Below are positions 35,316 to 47,742 of a stretch of 64,000 nt of DNA, in pieces (position 1 is the stretch's first letter; every line of letters starts with the position of its first letter). This stretch comes from Balamuthia mandrillaris (taxonomy: Eukaryota), in the NCBI GenBank assembly GCA_031835245.2, contig JAVKOQ020000029.1, positions 62,001-126,000 of the forward strand. Direction: 5' to 3'. Below the pieces are notes generated by a model. That model was not told the origin of the DNA and did no database searches. It saw only the letters and a program-made list of their open reading frames with translations. Made by a program: the position numbers and the translations under genes.

Positions 35316-38177
35316 CTAAGCAACAGTTTGACCCATCCTGGAGAATCTGTTCAACCTTTCATTGGCAGCACTTCTCCCACATCTCCTCCAAAGCATCACC
35401 CCCACAACCACCACCACAACAGCTCCTCCCATCATCAACAAGAATGTGGAATGATTTCGTGCCTCCCATCTAGGGTTAACTTCTTCTTCTATCACTCTAT
35501 GCCTTCTCCATCCTTCTCCTCCTTCATTCCCTTCCTCGTCATTGTGATGCTGCTGTTGTGGATGACCGAAACCCATTTTCCCAACAAAGTAAGCCGGATG
35601 GAAGCTTCTTTCTTTGGAGGCAGAACCGATGGAGTGGCTGGCTTTGACTATGCCGATAAAAACATCGTTCCTTTCCTTCAAGGTCTCCTCCTCCTGCATC
35701 TCATCCTCATCTTCCTGCTTCTCTAACAAGAACTTACTTGCAGAGGTGGCCAAGCCGCTGGGGTGAATGATGCCCTCTTCGATGGAGACACCCTTTTTGC
35801 TGTTTTGCTTACCCCCAGCAAGGATGTCAACATCGTGGATGAGTTTGTGCCATTTGTGCTTGCCATTTGCTTTGTACATTTCTGCCACGAAGACGCTGTG
35901 ATGGCTGTGGGTTGGTTGCGTTGGCTTCTCTCCAAAGAAGCTCATGTGGGAGCTGTAAAAGCCAGAGATGAAGAGGCTGTCCTCCAAAGCGGAGTAGACT
36001 ACGTGCGTTGCCAAAAAGTTGATCTTTCGCTGCTTCTCACGCTCTGCCGCCTCCTCTTCCTTCTTTTTGCGCTCCTCCTTTTCTTTTTCTCTCTGCTTCT
36101 TGGAAGGTCGTCTTAGGCGACTTTGACCACCATCTTCCCTTTCCATTCGTTCCAACTCCTCCTCCGTTGGACCTGCATCCTCTTCCTCTGGCCTTCCTCT
36201 CACAGCCCAAAGAATGTTGACCTCCTTTCCTTGCTGTAGAGCTAACTCCACAGCTATCACGAAAAAGTCTACCTCCTCTTCTGGTGCGCCCTTTGGAGTC
36301 TTCACCGCTGCTCTCGTTTCAAAGCCCTGAAGAAACCGACCATGAAAGAAGCCGGTAAGAAAGATCCTTCCCTCTCCATCGGTGGCTATTCCAGTAACCT
36401 CAGCTTTGCCATCCTTGCGAGGGCGATAGTATTGCATGGCTTCGTTCTCAAATGCCTGCAGGGGAGTGGCCTCCAGAACGGAGGGAATGAAGGGCACCCA
36501 TCGCCATCGGTGGCCATTGTTGTTGAAGTCCCAGATGCCAATGTAGAGGTCCTTGCTCAGCACCTCTTGACCCGTTGGGGAGACCTCTGCATCAGGATGG
36601 AACAGGTTTTCGTTTTTTTTGTTTACGTGTTATTATTGTTTCGTGTTGTTAGTTCGGTTTGTGTGTTTGTTCGTTTTAGCATCAAGGGATGAACAGAAAG
36701 CGAAAACGAGAAATAAAGAAACGACAAGAAAGCAACAACACGAGGAGAAAACAAGGAGGTATTAACCAAACAAAACTTTTAAAAAAAACACGAAACGTAC
36801 CAACTAGATTGCCAGCTGAGATATAAATAGGAGCCCTAGGGTCAATCTTTGCAAAGGGCTTCACGATACCCACCGACTGTTGCACGAATGCCTGGCCATA
36901 CTTTGGCGGGAGCACATCAAAAGCTGCACGGCCTTCCAGGTTATCCCAGGAGCTAGTAGGTCCACCTGCTTTCCGTAGCTCCAAGAGAAAGCTCTCGGTT
37001 TGACCCAGGCTTTGCTCTGAGGTACCATCCATGAACTTGACGCCACCCTTGAATTCTCCTGCCACTGCCAGGATGTGGTTGTGCAGAGTCATGGCCTTGG
37101 GGACCAAAGAAGGAGGGTCTCCTTGGTTGTTTGCTATGGGATGAGCCAACACCTGGACCTTGATGTTGCGGTACTGCTGCCTTGGCTCCACTTCCTTTCT
37201 CCTCTGGTGCTCCTCGTGTTGTGGGTGAAGAGGTGAACTGAACGGATGCTCCTCTGAGGAGTAGATGTGTTTGTCACGTTTATAGATGGAGAGGAAGCCG
37301 TTCGTGCCTTTGTTGCCCAGCTCGTTGTACATGGTGAGATGGAGGTGGTTGATGGTACTGCCGTTAAACTCCCCAAGGACGATGATGCTATCCTCGTCAT
37401 AATTTGTATCCACCTTGACGTCCACACAGCGAATGACATTCCAGGAGTTGGAGCTGTGATCGCCTGTGATGATGGTCTCCCAAAGGAGCTTTCCGGTTCT
37501 GCCGCTAAGCTTGCGGACGAAAACATCAGAGTTGGCAAGGTAGTAATGGGGTTGAGCTTCCTCGAAAGAAAGGGCAGGTAACATGATCGGTCGGTCTTCA
37601 TCTTCGTTTGTTTCTGCTTCTCTTCTTCCAAAGACGCTTCCTCTTCTTGGAATAATGCTCTCACGCTCATCGTTTCGACCTCCAGGCCCCCAAAGGTTGA
37701 TAGGTTCCTCTGCTTCTATTTGAGGAGACTTGTGAACCATGAGTTTTCTGGGTTGGAATTGTGAGAAGGAGGATCCATGGTGAGAGGAGAAGATGTTTCC
37801 GCAGAGGATGACGTTGCCTGAGTAGTCTGTCGTCATGGCAGAGATGCTAACTCGATCTGAGTCTGTGTGGTTCCATACCCAACCTTTATAGTTTTTGTTA
37901 TGTTTTTAGGCGTTGAAATAGACACCACAAGATGCATACCCCGTTCTTCAAAGAATATCTCCGTTTCCCTCTTGTATTGGTAATGAAGTTCCTCCCCGTT
38001 GTCTTCGGTTGCGCCTCGTCGGAACTGGTAATGTAAATCCTCTCCGTTAACGTTTGTGGCACCATGTACCTGGTGAGACCGCAACAACATTACAACCAAT
38101 GTGCAACCCAAGCATAGCCACCAACCATCCGTTCTTCCCCTTCTACCGTGCTTCGATTGAAGGGTCCTTCCACGCAT
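35316..38177 (-). CDS. Large type-I membrane protein with beta-propeller-like repeats (3 exons)
   Basis: N-terminal hydrophobic signal; repeats such as GIATDGEGRIFLTGFFHG, MTTDYSGNVILCG and DVFVRKLS..GKLLW; C-terminal TM FLLMMGGAVVVVVVGVMLW followed by RR. Confidence 0.75.
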
Positions 38178-38433
38178 CTTCGTCGCAACCTCTCTTCTTT
38201 GGCAAAGAGACACTTGGTTTTCTTTTTAAATGGCAACAGTGCTGCCTTCCCAATGAAGCCATAATTTTGAGGAGTCAAAACCGACGACTTGATTTTTTTT
38301 CCGCAATGTAAGGGCCACCTAATGTCGTCGTGGCAAATGACTGGCCATAAAAAGAGCACAACGTGTGCAACAGATGAAATAACAGAAATAAAATAAAAAG
38401 AGTAGCAAACAATGCAAGGAGGAGGGGAGAACC

Positions 38434-39853
38434 ATGGCAGAGTGCGAGTGATCAACTCGACGGAAGAGTTTGATGAGGCGTTGGTGCTTGCTGCTGTTGG
38501 TCATCGTCTGGTGTGGTTCTTCATTTTTATTTTTATTTTTATTTTGGGGGAAGGGGAGGTGGTTTTTTTTTTTTTAGATGACTAACTTGGCTGTGCTTTC
38601 TAGGTTGTGGTGGACTACTTTGCAACGTGGTGTGGTCCTTGCAAGTTCATTGCTCCTCTGTTCGCACAACTTAGCGAGAAGTACCCTGATGTAGACTTTC
38701 TCAAAGTTGACGTAGATAAACAAAAGGTTTGTTTCTCCCTTTCTCTCCTCTCTCGTTCCAACAACAAATGCTAACTCTAGCTTTGTTTTTGCAGGAAGTA
38801 GCTGCTAGAGCTGGCATCTCTGCGATGCCCACCTTTCACTTCATAAAGACCGGAACTACTGTGGAAGAGCTGCGAGGAGCAAACGCTGCCAGGCTGGAAG
38901 AGCTTATCCAAAAGCACAGAAGCTCTTCGGCAGGTGGTGAGTCTGCCGAAGGCTCCTCCTCCAGCGCGGACGAGACGTTGACATTCCCTCCTGGACATGT
39001 ACGTTTTTATCCACTATCAAGAGAAGTGTAGAGAGAAGAGAGTAAAGAAACACGGAAACAAAAAACACAGAAGCAAATAGAGAGCACCGAAACTCAGATT
39101 GCTCTGGGCTGTTGTTGACAGTGGGGGCTTGTCTTATGACTGCTCTTATCCCCATTCTTATGTATGTACTCGTTTCTTTTCGCACTAGGGAGACATTACG
39201 GAGTATGTAGACCGATCGCAGGCTACATGCCTCAATGCCAGCGAGGAGCATCCCTGGCAACACATTCTGACCAAAGAGGAAACATATCTGGAGAGCGATT
39301 GTGATGAACAACTGTTGGTCTATTTGCCTTTCAAGCAGCCACTCAAGATTCACTCCCTCAATTTTGTGGCCCCTACTGATGGTTGGTTTCCTTTCCTGCT
39401 ATGTGTTTCTTTGTCGTTTCTATCATTGTTCATTTTCCAACATTGCCAATGCCCTGGAAAACAATTAGGAAGAGCGCCTCAAACCGTGAAGCTGTATGTA
39501 AACCAACCTACAATGGATTTTCAGTCTCCAGACAGCATCCCCGCCACTCAGGAGCTCCATCTCGGTGCAGAGGACATTACCGAGTCCTCTCTCATTCCTC
39601 TGAAGTTTGTCAAGTTCCAAAACGTAACCTCTCTCACCCTCTTTGTGGAAGACAACCAAGGCCAGGAGCCTACCTCTGTCATCCAGCGCCTTAGGATCAT
39701 CGGCAAGACCGTTCAAGCCACCAACATGAACGAGTTTAAGAGGGTTTGTTCTCTCTCGCTCTCGCTCTCTCTCTTTTTCGTCCTCTTACTCTTCGTGTCG
39801 TCCCGAAAACTGCCACGTAGGTTGCAGGCGAAAAAGGAGAAGTACACGGGTGA
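38434..39853 (+). CDS. TXNL1: Thioredoxin-like protein 1 (Trx + PITH domain)
   Basis: [53 protein letters not shown]. Confidence 0.93.
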
Positions 39854-40039
39854 TGCGTATGACGTGGATCTACTGTCGACATGTCTACACAATGAAGAAA
39901 TTTCTTTTCAATTTGGCGTAAAGCACCAAAAAACATGTCCGCAAAAAAAGTTCACCAACAAAAAAAATAACCGCAAAAAAAAAAGAGAAGTCAACAAGAA
40001 AAAAAAAACGATTTGAACAAAAAAAAACACTTTTAGGCG

Positions 40040-40460
40040 ATGTCGGGAGAGGAAAGAGCTGTGCAGTTTCGATTGGAAGCAGAGAAGAAGCTCAAAGGGG
40101 GTCTATTTGGATTCCTCAATAGCACTCGATTTGAAGAAGCTGCTGATCTGTACACAAAATCTGGCAATCAGTTTAAACTTGCGAAAAAATGTTCGTTGCG
40201 CCCCAACCACAACAAGCCTTAGCCCCTTTTTGTCATCTGTTTTATTTGTTGTGTTCCGATTCATCCCGTTTGTAAGATTTTTTTAATGGCGTTTTATGTT
40301 TTTTTAAAAAAAAGGGGACGAAGCTGCCTCTGCGTTTTGCAAAGCTGCCGAAATTCACTTGACGAAGGCGGGCAACCGACATGAGGCTGCTGGCTGTCTT
40401 GTCAATGCTTCCAACTGCTACAGAAAAACAAGCGTTCCTGGTATGCTTCTTCTGCTTTCT

Positions 40461-40501
<41 letters not shown>

Positions 40502-41582
40502 ACTCATTCCTTCTCTATTGACCTCCCCTTTCGCTTCTCTTTTTCGCTCGTGCTTTATTTCTCATTTTGTTCTCTTCTCCTTGCTGCCATTTCTCTATTC
40601 TCTTTGCTATTTTGTCCTCTCTATCCGTGTTCTTCTCCCATATCTTTGTCATGCAACGAACCATGGTCTGCCTTCAGACTCTATTCGAACGTTGCAACAA
40701 GCGATCGAACTTTACACAGAGGATGGACGCTTCAGCATTGCTGCAAAGCATCAAAAGGACGTGGCTGAAATGTACGAAAAGGAAATGGACATGGAGAACG
40801 CTATCAATGCCTATCAGACGGCTGCTGATTTTTTCTCCTCCGAAGCCTCTACCAGCGCTGCCAATGGATGTCTATTGAAAGTTGCAACTTTCTCTGCTGA
40901 GTTGGAGGTTTGTTCTCCTTTGTTCTTTTTTTTAACGTTTTTCTTTCAATTGACGATGGTTCGACATTCTCTCTTGTTTGTATTATACAGCGTTATGCAG
41001 TGGCAGTAGAGATACTTGAAAAGATAGCAGAGAGTTGCATCGACAACAAGCTGCTCAAATGGAGCGTGAAGGACTATTATTTGAAGGCCGGCATTTGTCT
41101 CCTTTGCATGGGCGTATGTTGCTTCCATTTTCAAAATTCTCTCTTTCGTGTTATCATCGTAACTGACTTTGTTTTGAAATATAATAAAGGATGTTGTGGA
41201 AACCAGAAAGTCTCTTGAGAAATACAAGGACCTCGACATGACCTTTGCCGCCCAGCGAGAATGCAAGTTCCTCGAGGTACATACTCGTTTTCCGTTATCT
41301 TCTCTTGCCCTTGTCGCGTTGTTCTTCTGCTTCCTTATTTCTTCCTTTCGTTTTCCTATTTTTTATATGCCATTCAATTGTTGACTCATTTTCTCTTTCT
41401 GTCCTTCCTCATTGAAGCAATTGTTGGATGCAGTGGAGGGTTATGACGTAGAAGCTTTCACGAACGCGGTGGTTGAGTTCGACTCCATCACCAAGTTGGA
41501 CAAATGGAAGACCACTCTTTTGCTTCGTGTCAAGAACTCTCTCAAGGAAAGCGAGAAGGGTGAAGGCGATCTCGTTTGCTAA
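40040..41582 (+). CDS. NAPA: alpha-SNAP (Sec17)
   Basis: EAEKKL..FEEAADLY, GRFSIAAKHQKDVAEMYE, LLKWSVKDY, RECKFL, FDSITKLDKWKT. Confidence 0.95.
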
Positions 41583-41996
41583 CCAACTACACACCAAAGC
41601 AAAACAAAAGAAGTTATTTGCTCTTTTTTTAGAAAACAAAACTTAGTTTTATATTTTTGTAAAAGAGCTCTACAGAGTTGGCCCAAGCGTCAAAAGCGTA
41701 ACGCAAGTGGTTTCGTTCTGTTCGCCAAAGACAAAACCTCTCATCGACGCTGGCCACAGAGAGAAGCGCATGTCCAGCAACGAGATCAATGATCAAAGGG
41801 TTGTTGTGGTGAGCTGCTTCAATCGGCTCAAGACTGGATGTTGCAAAGAAGTGACTGGAAAGAAAACAACGGAACCGGCAGACAAGAAGAGGAGGAGGGG
41901 GATAGCAAAAGCCTTCCTGCTGATCTTCTATTTTTTTTTCTCCCATGGGAATGAAGAAAACTCGTTCCACTTGATTGTTTATTTATCCAATTCCTT

Positions 41997-43028
41997 CTAC
42001 GCCAAAGTTGCTCCTTCCTTTGCTTTTTCATCATCTTCTATTCTGTGTTGAAGAGCTCGCGAAGAGGTACGGCGAAAGCGGACAGCAGGAAAAGGCAGAG
42101 CGACATCGATCTCGTCCACAGGTTGAAACCAGGCGAACCAAGCCAAAAACAGCAACGATAGAATATATATTCCAACTATCATCTTGCCTATCACCCATCC
42201 TGATCCGTAATGCCTTTTTGTCATCTCAGTAAGAAAAATACAATAACACAAAAGCAAAGCAATACGAAAACAAAACTAACCGTTTCATTCGCTCAAGAGT
42301 GGAGCCAATGGGGGAGTCCCATATCTTATCGTAGACTTTTTCTGTTTTCTCTGTGACCCGCCACCAGCTGTACATCTGTTGCACTTGTTGATGGAATTGC
42401 ATGAAATCCTCTTCTGTTCGTCTTTCCAACTCTCCGCTGCTTAAGGTCTCTTCCAACACAGCAACTAATGCTGTTATTTTGAAAAATGGAACGTGCAAAG
42501 AAAAGAAAGAACGTCGTGGATAAGAACTCAAAGGAATAAGAGAAAAAGAAGGAGAAGGAAGAAGGAGGAAATTACAAGCTGCATCCGGCTGGGCGAGTTT
42601 CATCATGTGAGGAGGTAACACCTCCGGAACTCCTCCGACTTCCGTGCTGATAACTAGCAGACCACAACTGGCAGCTTCCACAATAGCAATACAAAACGCT
42701 TCTGTCAGCGAACAGTTGAGAAAGATGTCTCCTCTCGTCAACACCCCTCTAACTTTCGCGTGGTGTAACCCGCCCAATAGCTCCACTCGGTCGTGGAGTT
42801 GATGACGTTCTCTCATTTCTTCGAGCTCGACCAGCTTTGGTCCGTCGCCTCCTATCAAGAATTGAACTTGTGGAAACTTTTGGCAGATAGGAGGAATCAG
42901 CTCCACCAACAGATCTGCTCCTTTTCGGTAAACCAATCTGCTGACCACCACTATTGTTACTGTCACAACAAAGGAATAAGTGTCAAGGTTTGAACCAACC
43001 AGGAGAAACGAATAAAAAACAGAAGCAG

Positions 43029-43071
<43 letters not shown>

Positions 43072-44191
43072 ACTTTTGTTGGGATCTCGTGCAGAAGGAT
43101 TGGGAGTGAAGCCATTGCTGTTGACGGCATTTGGAATAACAGAAACATGTTTTGGATGTATCTGCGCGCGTAGAACCGTATTCTCTTTGCTGTGTATGTT
43201 TGAAAATGGTGGTTAGAAAATGAACAGATAGAAAACAACGGACAAAAATAACGAAGAGAGAGAACCTGGTGTTAGACACACAGATAACGTGTTTGACATC
43301 GGATATACAAGACTTTAGAATTTTGTTCATGATGACGCTACTGGCATCCGCAAAGCCAAACAGCGAATGGTCCGTGAAGCAAGAACGAACACCCATCACT
43401 GACGAATGCAGCAGCACTTCCATGGCAAAAGTGGAGAATGCCTATTGTGTTTGAATCGGGGACATGTGAAATGAACACATGAGAGAGAAGGAGAAGGAGA
43501 AGGAGAAGGAGAAGGAGAAGGAGAAGGAGAAGGAGAAGGAGAAGGAGAAGGAGAAGGAGAAGGAGAAGGAGAAGGAGAAGGAGAAGGAGAAGGAGAAGGA
43601 GAAGGAGAAGGAGAAGGAGAAGGAGAAGGAGAAAAACAGAGAAGACAGAAGCGAACCGAGTGGCAATGGACAATGTCAATCTGTTCTCTGATGGTGATGT
43701 AACGGAACCAAGGAAGGAATACAGCGTAGTTTGGAAACGAGTTTTGAAGGTACACAATCTTTTGCGGTATGTAGTAGACCTTCACCCCGCTGGCCAAGTA
43801 CCTTATTCCCTTTCTTTCCCCATAGTTGTGCGTGACCACAATCACCTGAGAAAAAGAAAGAGAGAGAATGTTACAATCAATCCCTTTTCATATTTTTCCC
43901 TTTCCACTGTGTTCTTTGCGCTTCATTGCATGAAATGGTGCATACCTTGTGGCCACGTTGCACCAGACAGGAAGCCACTTGATAGATGTGGTTCTCCACG
44001 CCACCCATGTTGGGATAGAAGTAATCGCAAAACATGGCGACGTTGTAGGTTCTATGGGCTTGCCTCCTTTTCGCCCCCTCCTGCACCACGAGCCGCCGTT
44101 CTGCCCTACGAGAGCCCACCACATAGGCCTCCCTGTTGGCGTCAGGGAACAGCACGGTGGGCACCACCACCTTCTTTCTTTCTTTGTCCAT
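41997..44191 (-). CDS. PIGA: GPI-GlcNAc transferase catalytic subunit
   Basis: [57 protein letters not shown]-terminal TM. Confidence 0.95.
43486..43632. repeat. Perfect (GAAGGA)n hexamer array in a PIG-A intron
   Basis: Visible uninterrupted tandem run. Confidence 0.95.
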
Positions 44192-44572
44192 CTTTTCTTT
44201 CAATTTTTTTTTGTTGATTAATTTTTCACGACGACACGGAAAATATCGTGACGTGTCAACGACGGGCAAGCTTTCATGACGACATGTACCAAATTTAAGC
44301 AAGCAGGTCAACATGACAACTAATATTGCACAAGTTGGGCTTGCATGGATCGTGCCTTTTCGGCGAAGATGCGCACGCATTTGTGTATGCGGAGGAAAAA
44401 GCCCATGAAATGCGTGGGGGAGAAAGAATGGTGAGGGCGTGGCTTCTGTTTGGTTTTTCGCTCGCCAGTTGCCTTCCTCTTTGCCCAATGGACAGTGATG
44501 GGTTCAAGATTTTGAGATGGGTTCGCCATGGATTCCTCGGCTACCTCCTTGAAACACCTCAACCTTGCCAAC

Positions 44573-44587
44573 TATAAAAATGACTCA
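44573..44587 (+). promoter_or_regulatory. TATAAAAA box directly followed by TGACTCA upstream of copy B
   Basis: tataaaaatgactca, about 120 bp before the ATG; conserved in copy A. Confidence 0.6.
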
Positions 44588-44704
44588 TGGCCTTGCTTCC
44601 TTCTCTTCTCTCCCTCACCGAACAAACAAACAAACAATCAACACAAACAAAAACACCACAACACAAACAAACCAGTGGAACAGGGAGGGACTTTGGCTTG
44701 ACAA

Positions 44705-45730
44705 ATGAAATTCATCACGGTGTGCATGCTGCTTGCCATGCTGGCCATCGGTGCTTTGGCCGGCAGGAACATGAACTACGCCTCTGGCGATGTCTCCTAT
44801 GATGGCGACGATGTCACCTACGACGGCGGTGACGTCTCCTACGATGGTGGCGATGTCTCCTACGATGGCGGGGATGTCTCTTACGATGGCGGCAATGTGG
44901 CTTATGATGGCGGAGATGTCTCCTACGATGGCGGTGATGTCATGTATGATGGCGGTGATGTGGACTACGATGGAGGAGATGTGACTTATGATGGCGGAGA
45001 CGTGTCCTACGATGGAGGAGATGTTTCCTACGATGGCGGTGATGTTGAATACGACGGCGGTGATGTGACCTATGATGGAGGCGACGTTTCTTACGACGGT
45101 GGTGATGTTGCTTACGATGGTGGCGACGTGGAGTACGACGGTGGGGACGTGACCTATGATGGAGGCGACGTTGAATATGATGGTGGTGATGTGACTTATG
45201 ATGGTGGGGATGTCTCCTACGACGGAGGGGATGTGACCTATGACGGTGGTGACGTTGAATATGATGGCGGTGATGTGACTTATGATGGTGGGGATGTGTC
45301 TTACGATGGAGGAGATGTTGCCTACGATGGAGGTGATGTTGAATACGATGGAGGTGATGTGACCTACGATGGCGGCGATGTGTCCTACGACGGTGGGGAT
45401 GTTGTCTACGATGGTGGCGACGTGGAGTACGATGGAGGAGATGTGACTTATGACGGTGGTGATGTGGAATACGATGGAGGAGATGTGACCTACGATGGCG
45501 GGGACGTGGCGTATGATGGTGGTGATGTGGCCTATGACGGTGGTGATGTGGAGTATGATGGAGGAGACGTGACCTACGATGGCGGGGACGTGGAGTATGA
45601 TGGTGGGGATGTGGAGTACGGGGGTGGTGATGTGGCGTATGACGGCAATGCTTATGATGGCGGAGAGGTGGTTGCTTACAACACTGGCGATTCCTCCCCT
45701 GCTGCCCCCTTGGCTCCCTTCTGGCACTAA
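44705..45730 (+). CDS. Secreted (VxYDGGD)n heptad repeat protein, copy B; intact, 341 aa, intronless
   Basis: Signal peptide MKFITVCMLLAMLAIGALA, about 40 21-nt repeats varying mainly at synonymous sites and position x, tail AAPLAPFWH. Confidence 0.92.
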   Translation: MKFITVCMLLAMLAIGALAGRNMNYASGDVSYDGDDVTYDGGDVSYDGGDVSYDGGDVSYDGGNVAYDGGDVSYDGGDVMYDGGDVDYDGGDVTYDGGDVSYDGGDVSYDGGDVEYDGGDVTYDGGDVSYDGGDVAYDGGDVEYDGGDVTYDGGDVEYDGGDVTYDGGDVSYDGGDVTYDGGDVEYDGGDVTYDGGDVSYDGGDVAYDGGDVEYDGGDVTYDGGDVSYDGGDVVYDGGDVEYDGGDVTYDGGDVEYDGGDVTYDGGDVAYDGGDVAYDGGDVEYDGGDVTYDGGDVEYDGGDVEYGGGDVAYDGNAYDGGEVVAYNTGDSSPAAPLAPFWH

Positions 45731-45913
45731 ACGTACAATGAGATGCAGCTGAAGTGTCTTCGGCGTTTTAAGTTTGGCATTTTAACTTTTTTGAAGCTTT
45801 CTTTTCATTTTTGAATTCTTTCTATTTTAATGTTTTGTACCATTAGACTTTTTTCAAACAAAGAAAGAATAAACCTGCCGAAACTTATTTAGCAAACAGA
45901 CTCTTGTCGTGCT

Positions 45914-45944
<31 letters not shown>

Positions 45945-45982
45945 GCCGTTGGTATTTGTTGAAAAAATTATCAAATACCTCG

Positions 45983-47159
45983 TTAGTGGGCTTCTGGTCG
46001 TTTGAAGTAGATACCGGAACTAAGATATACAGTAACATCGAAGCGAGGAATGGTCAAACGCTCTCCAGAGACACGTTCACAGTCGGCAGCATAGAGCGTT
46101 ACCAACTTCGGGCAAGCATCAAGAATGGCTTGCACGTGACTCGTCTGCAACCAAAGCATCCCTTTTTCGTTTAGTTTGTTATGTTAGTGGTGAAGGAAGA
46201 ACGAAATTCAACAACCCGCTTTACCTTCAAGAGAAAGTTTTTGCAAAGCAAGTCTAGCTCTGCTCTTTTCGTTGTTGGTAATGCGGTCGATGACATCCCC
46301 TGTCACTCTTCGGCAATACGATAAATCCATTTCCAACAACCGGCTGCACCGTTCCAAAGCTTCGCCCACTCCTTCATCTCTCACTTCATCACATCCCGAC
46401 AATAGCAACTTGCAAAGAGAAGAAGAAGAACAATCCAACAAACGTCGAATGAACTCATCATTCACCCGTCTGCAATTCAACAATCGAAGTTGAGAGATTT
46501 GGAAAGCCGTTGAAGAAGATGAAGAAATTGGAGGGAGGAAAGCTTCTTCCGAGATGAGCGAATTATCAGTGATGGTAAGTTTTTGCAAAGAGGAGGAGCA
46601 CGCATGGAGGAGATGGGCTAGACCTATTGAGGTCACGTCGCGGCAGCTCCACATCGCAAAATGGTTCAGCAACTGGTTGGATGCTGCTATCGCCTTCAGG
46701 CTGCTGTCGCTGATGCTCAGATTTCCTATGATCAACTTATTGAGATTTGTAATGCCTGTTATTTAAGAAGCATTGTTAAGTAAAACAAAGAGAAGAAACA
46801 ACTAGAAGAAGATGAAGAATGACCTGCACAGAGACGAGCGATGCCGTCGTCATTAATTTTACATTGTTGCCCAGTATTGTTTCCTATGTACAATCCCTTT
46901 ATGCAAGAATTAGCATACCTCTAAGACTCTCTCTTTCTCTAACTCTTTGATTTGTTGACCAAACCCTACCTTCAAACTGAACCGAAGAGGCGAATTCTTT
47001 CCAGAAATAGATTCCAGAAACTTGTTGGTCAAACTGTCACCTAGATTAAAAGTGTTCAGTTGTTGCAAGTCTTTAAAGTGAAGAATGGCTTCTATTAATT
47101 CTACTTCCGATGTGATGCCATGGCCTTGGCAATCCAATACCTTCGAAAATATGGTGAGC

Positions 47160-47195
<36 letters not shown>

Positions 47196-47693
47196 AGATC
47201 TATGATCCAACCTCCAATGAGCGAGCCACAGAGGCTACTTTCAGCAATGTACGAGTAGAAATGCGGTTGCAATAACCGATGGAAAGCTTGCGCAACTCAG
47301 AACAAGCAAATTCTTGAAATGCTTTATCAGTTAATCGTGTGCATTGCTTTACGTTCAAGTTCTGTAAGAGATTGATTAGCAAAAGAAAAACTTGAAAGGA
47401 GAGTAATAAAGAAAGTCAAGAAGAAAGACCTTCAACGATCTGCATCGTTGCAGCAGCAAAGTTACGCTCTGGTCAGATATTTTAGAGACCAATTTGAGAT
47501 TCAAGAACTGAAGGTTGGGACAATGCTCGGCAATGGCAAGGACGCTCCTATCAGTAAGCTTCGAACAACTTTTGAAGTCCAGGGCTTGTAGCTCGTTGCA
47601 GTTGCTCACTAGGTCACCCACCCCAATATCCGTAAGGTTGTAACACCTTCACAAGCACGGACAAACAGTATTAAGAGAAGAGAGAAGAGAGAG

Positions 47694-47742
<49 letters not shown>

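Noticed and set aside
37833..37940. Apparent frameshift in the membrane-protein gene
   Set aside because: Explained by a short GTATG...AAAG intron.
38999..39189. Hairpins in the longer TXNL1 intron as an H/ACA RNA
   Set aside because: No properly placed H or ACA box.
44615..45727. 370-aa antisense ORF, and the His-rich and Ile-rich ORFs opposite copy A
   Set aside because: Stop-free by-products of the YDGGDV codon repeat; synonymous variation fits only the sense frame, which has the signal peptide.
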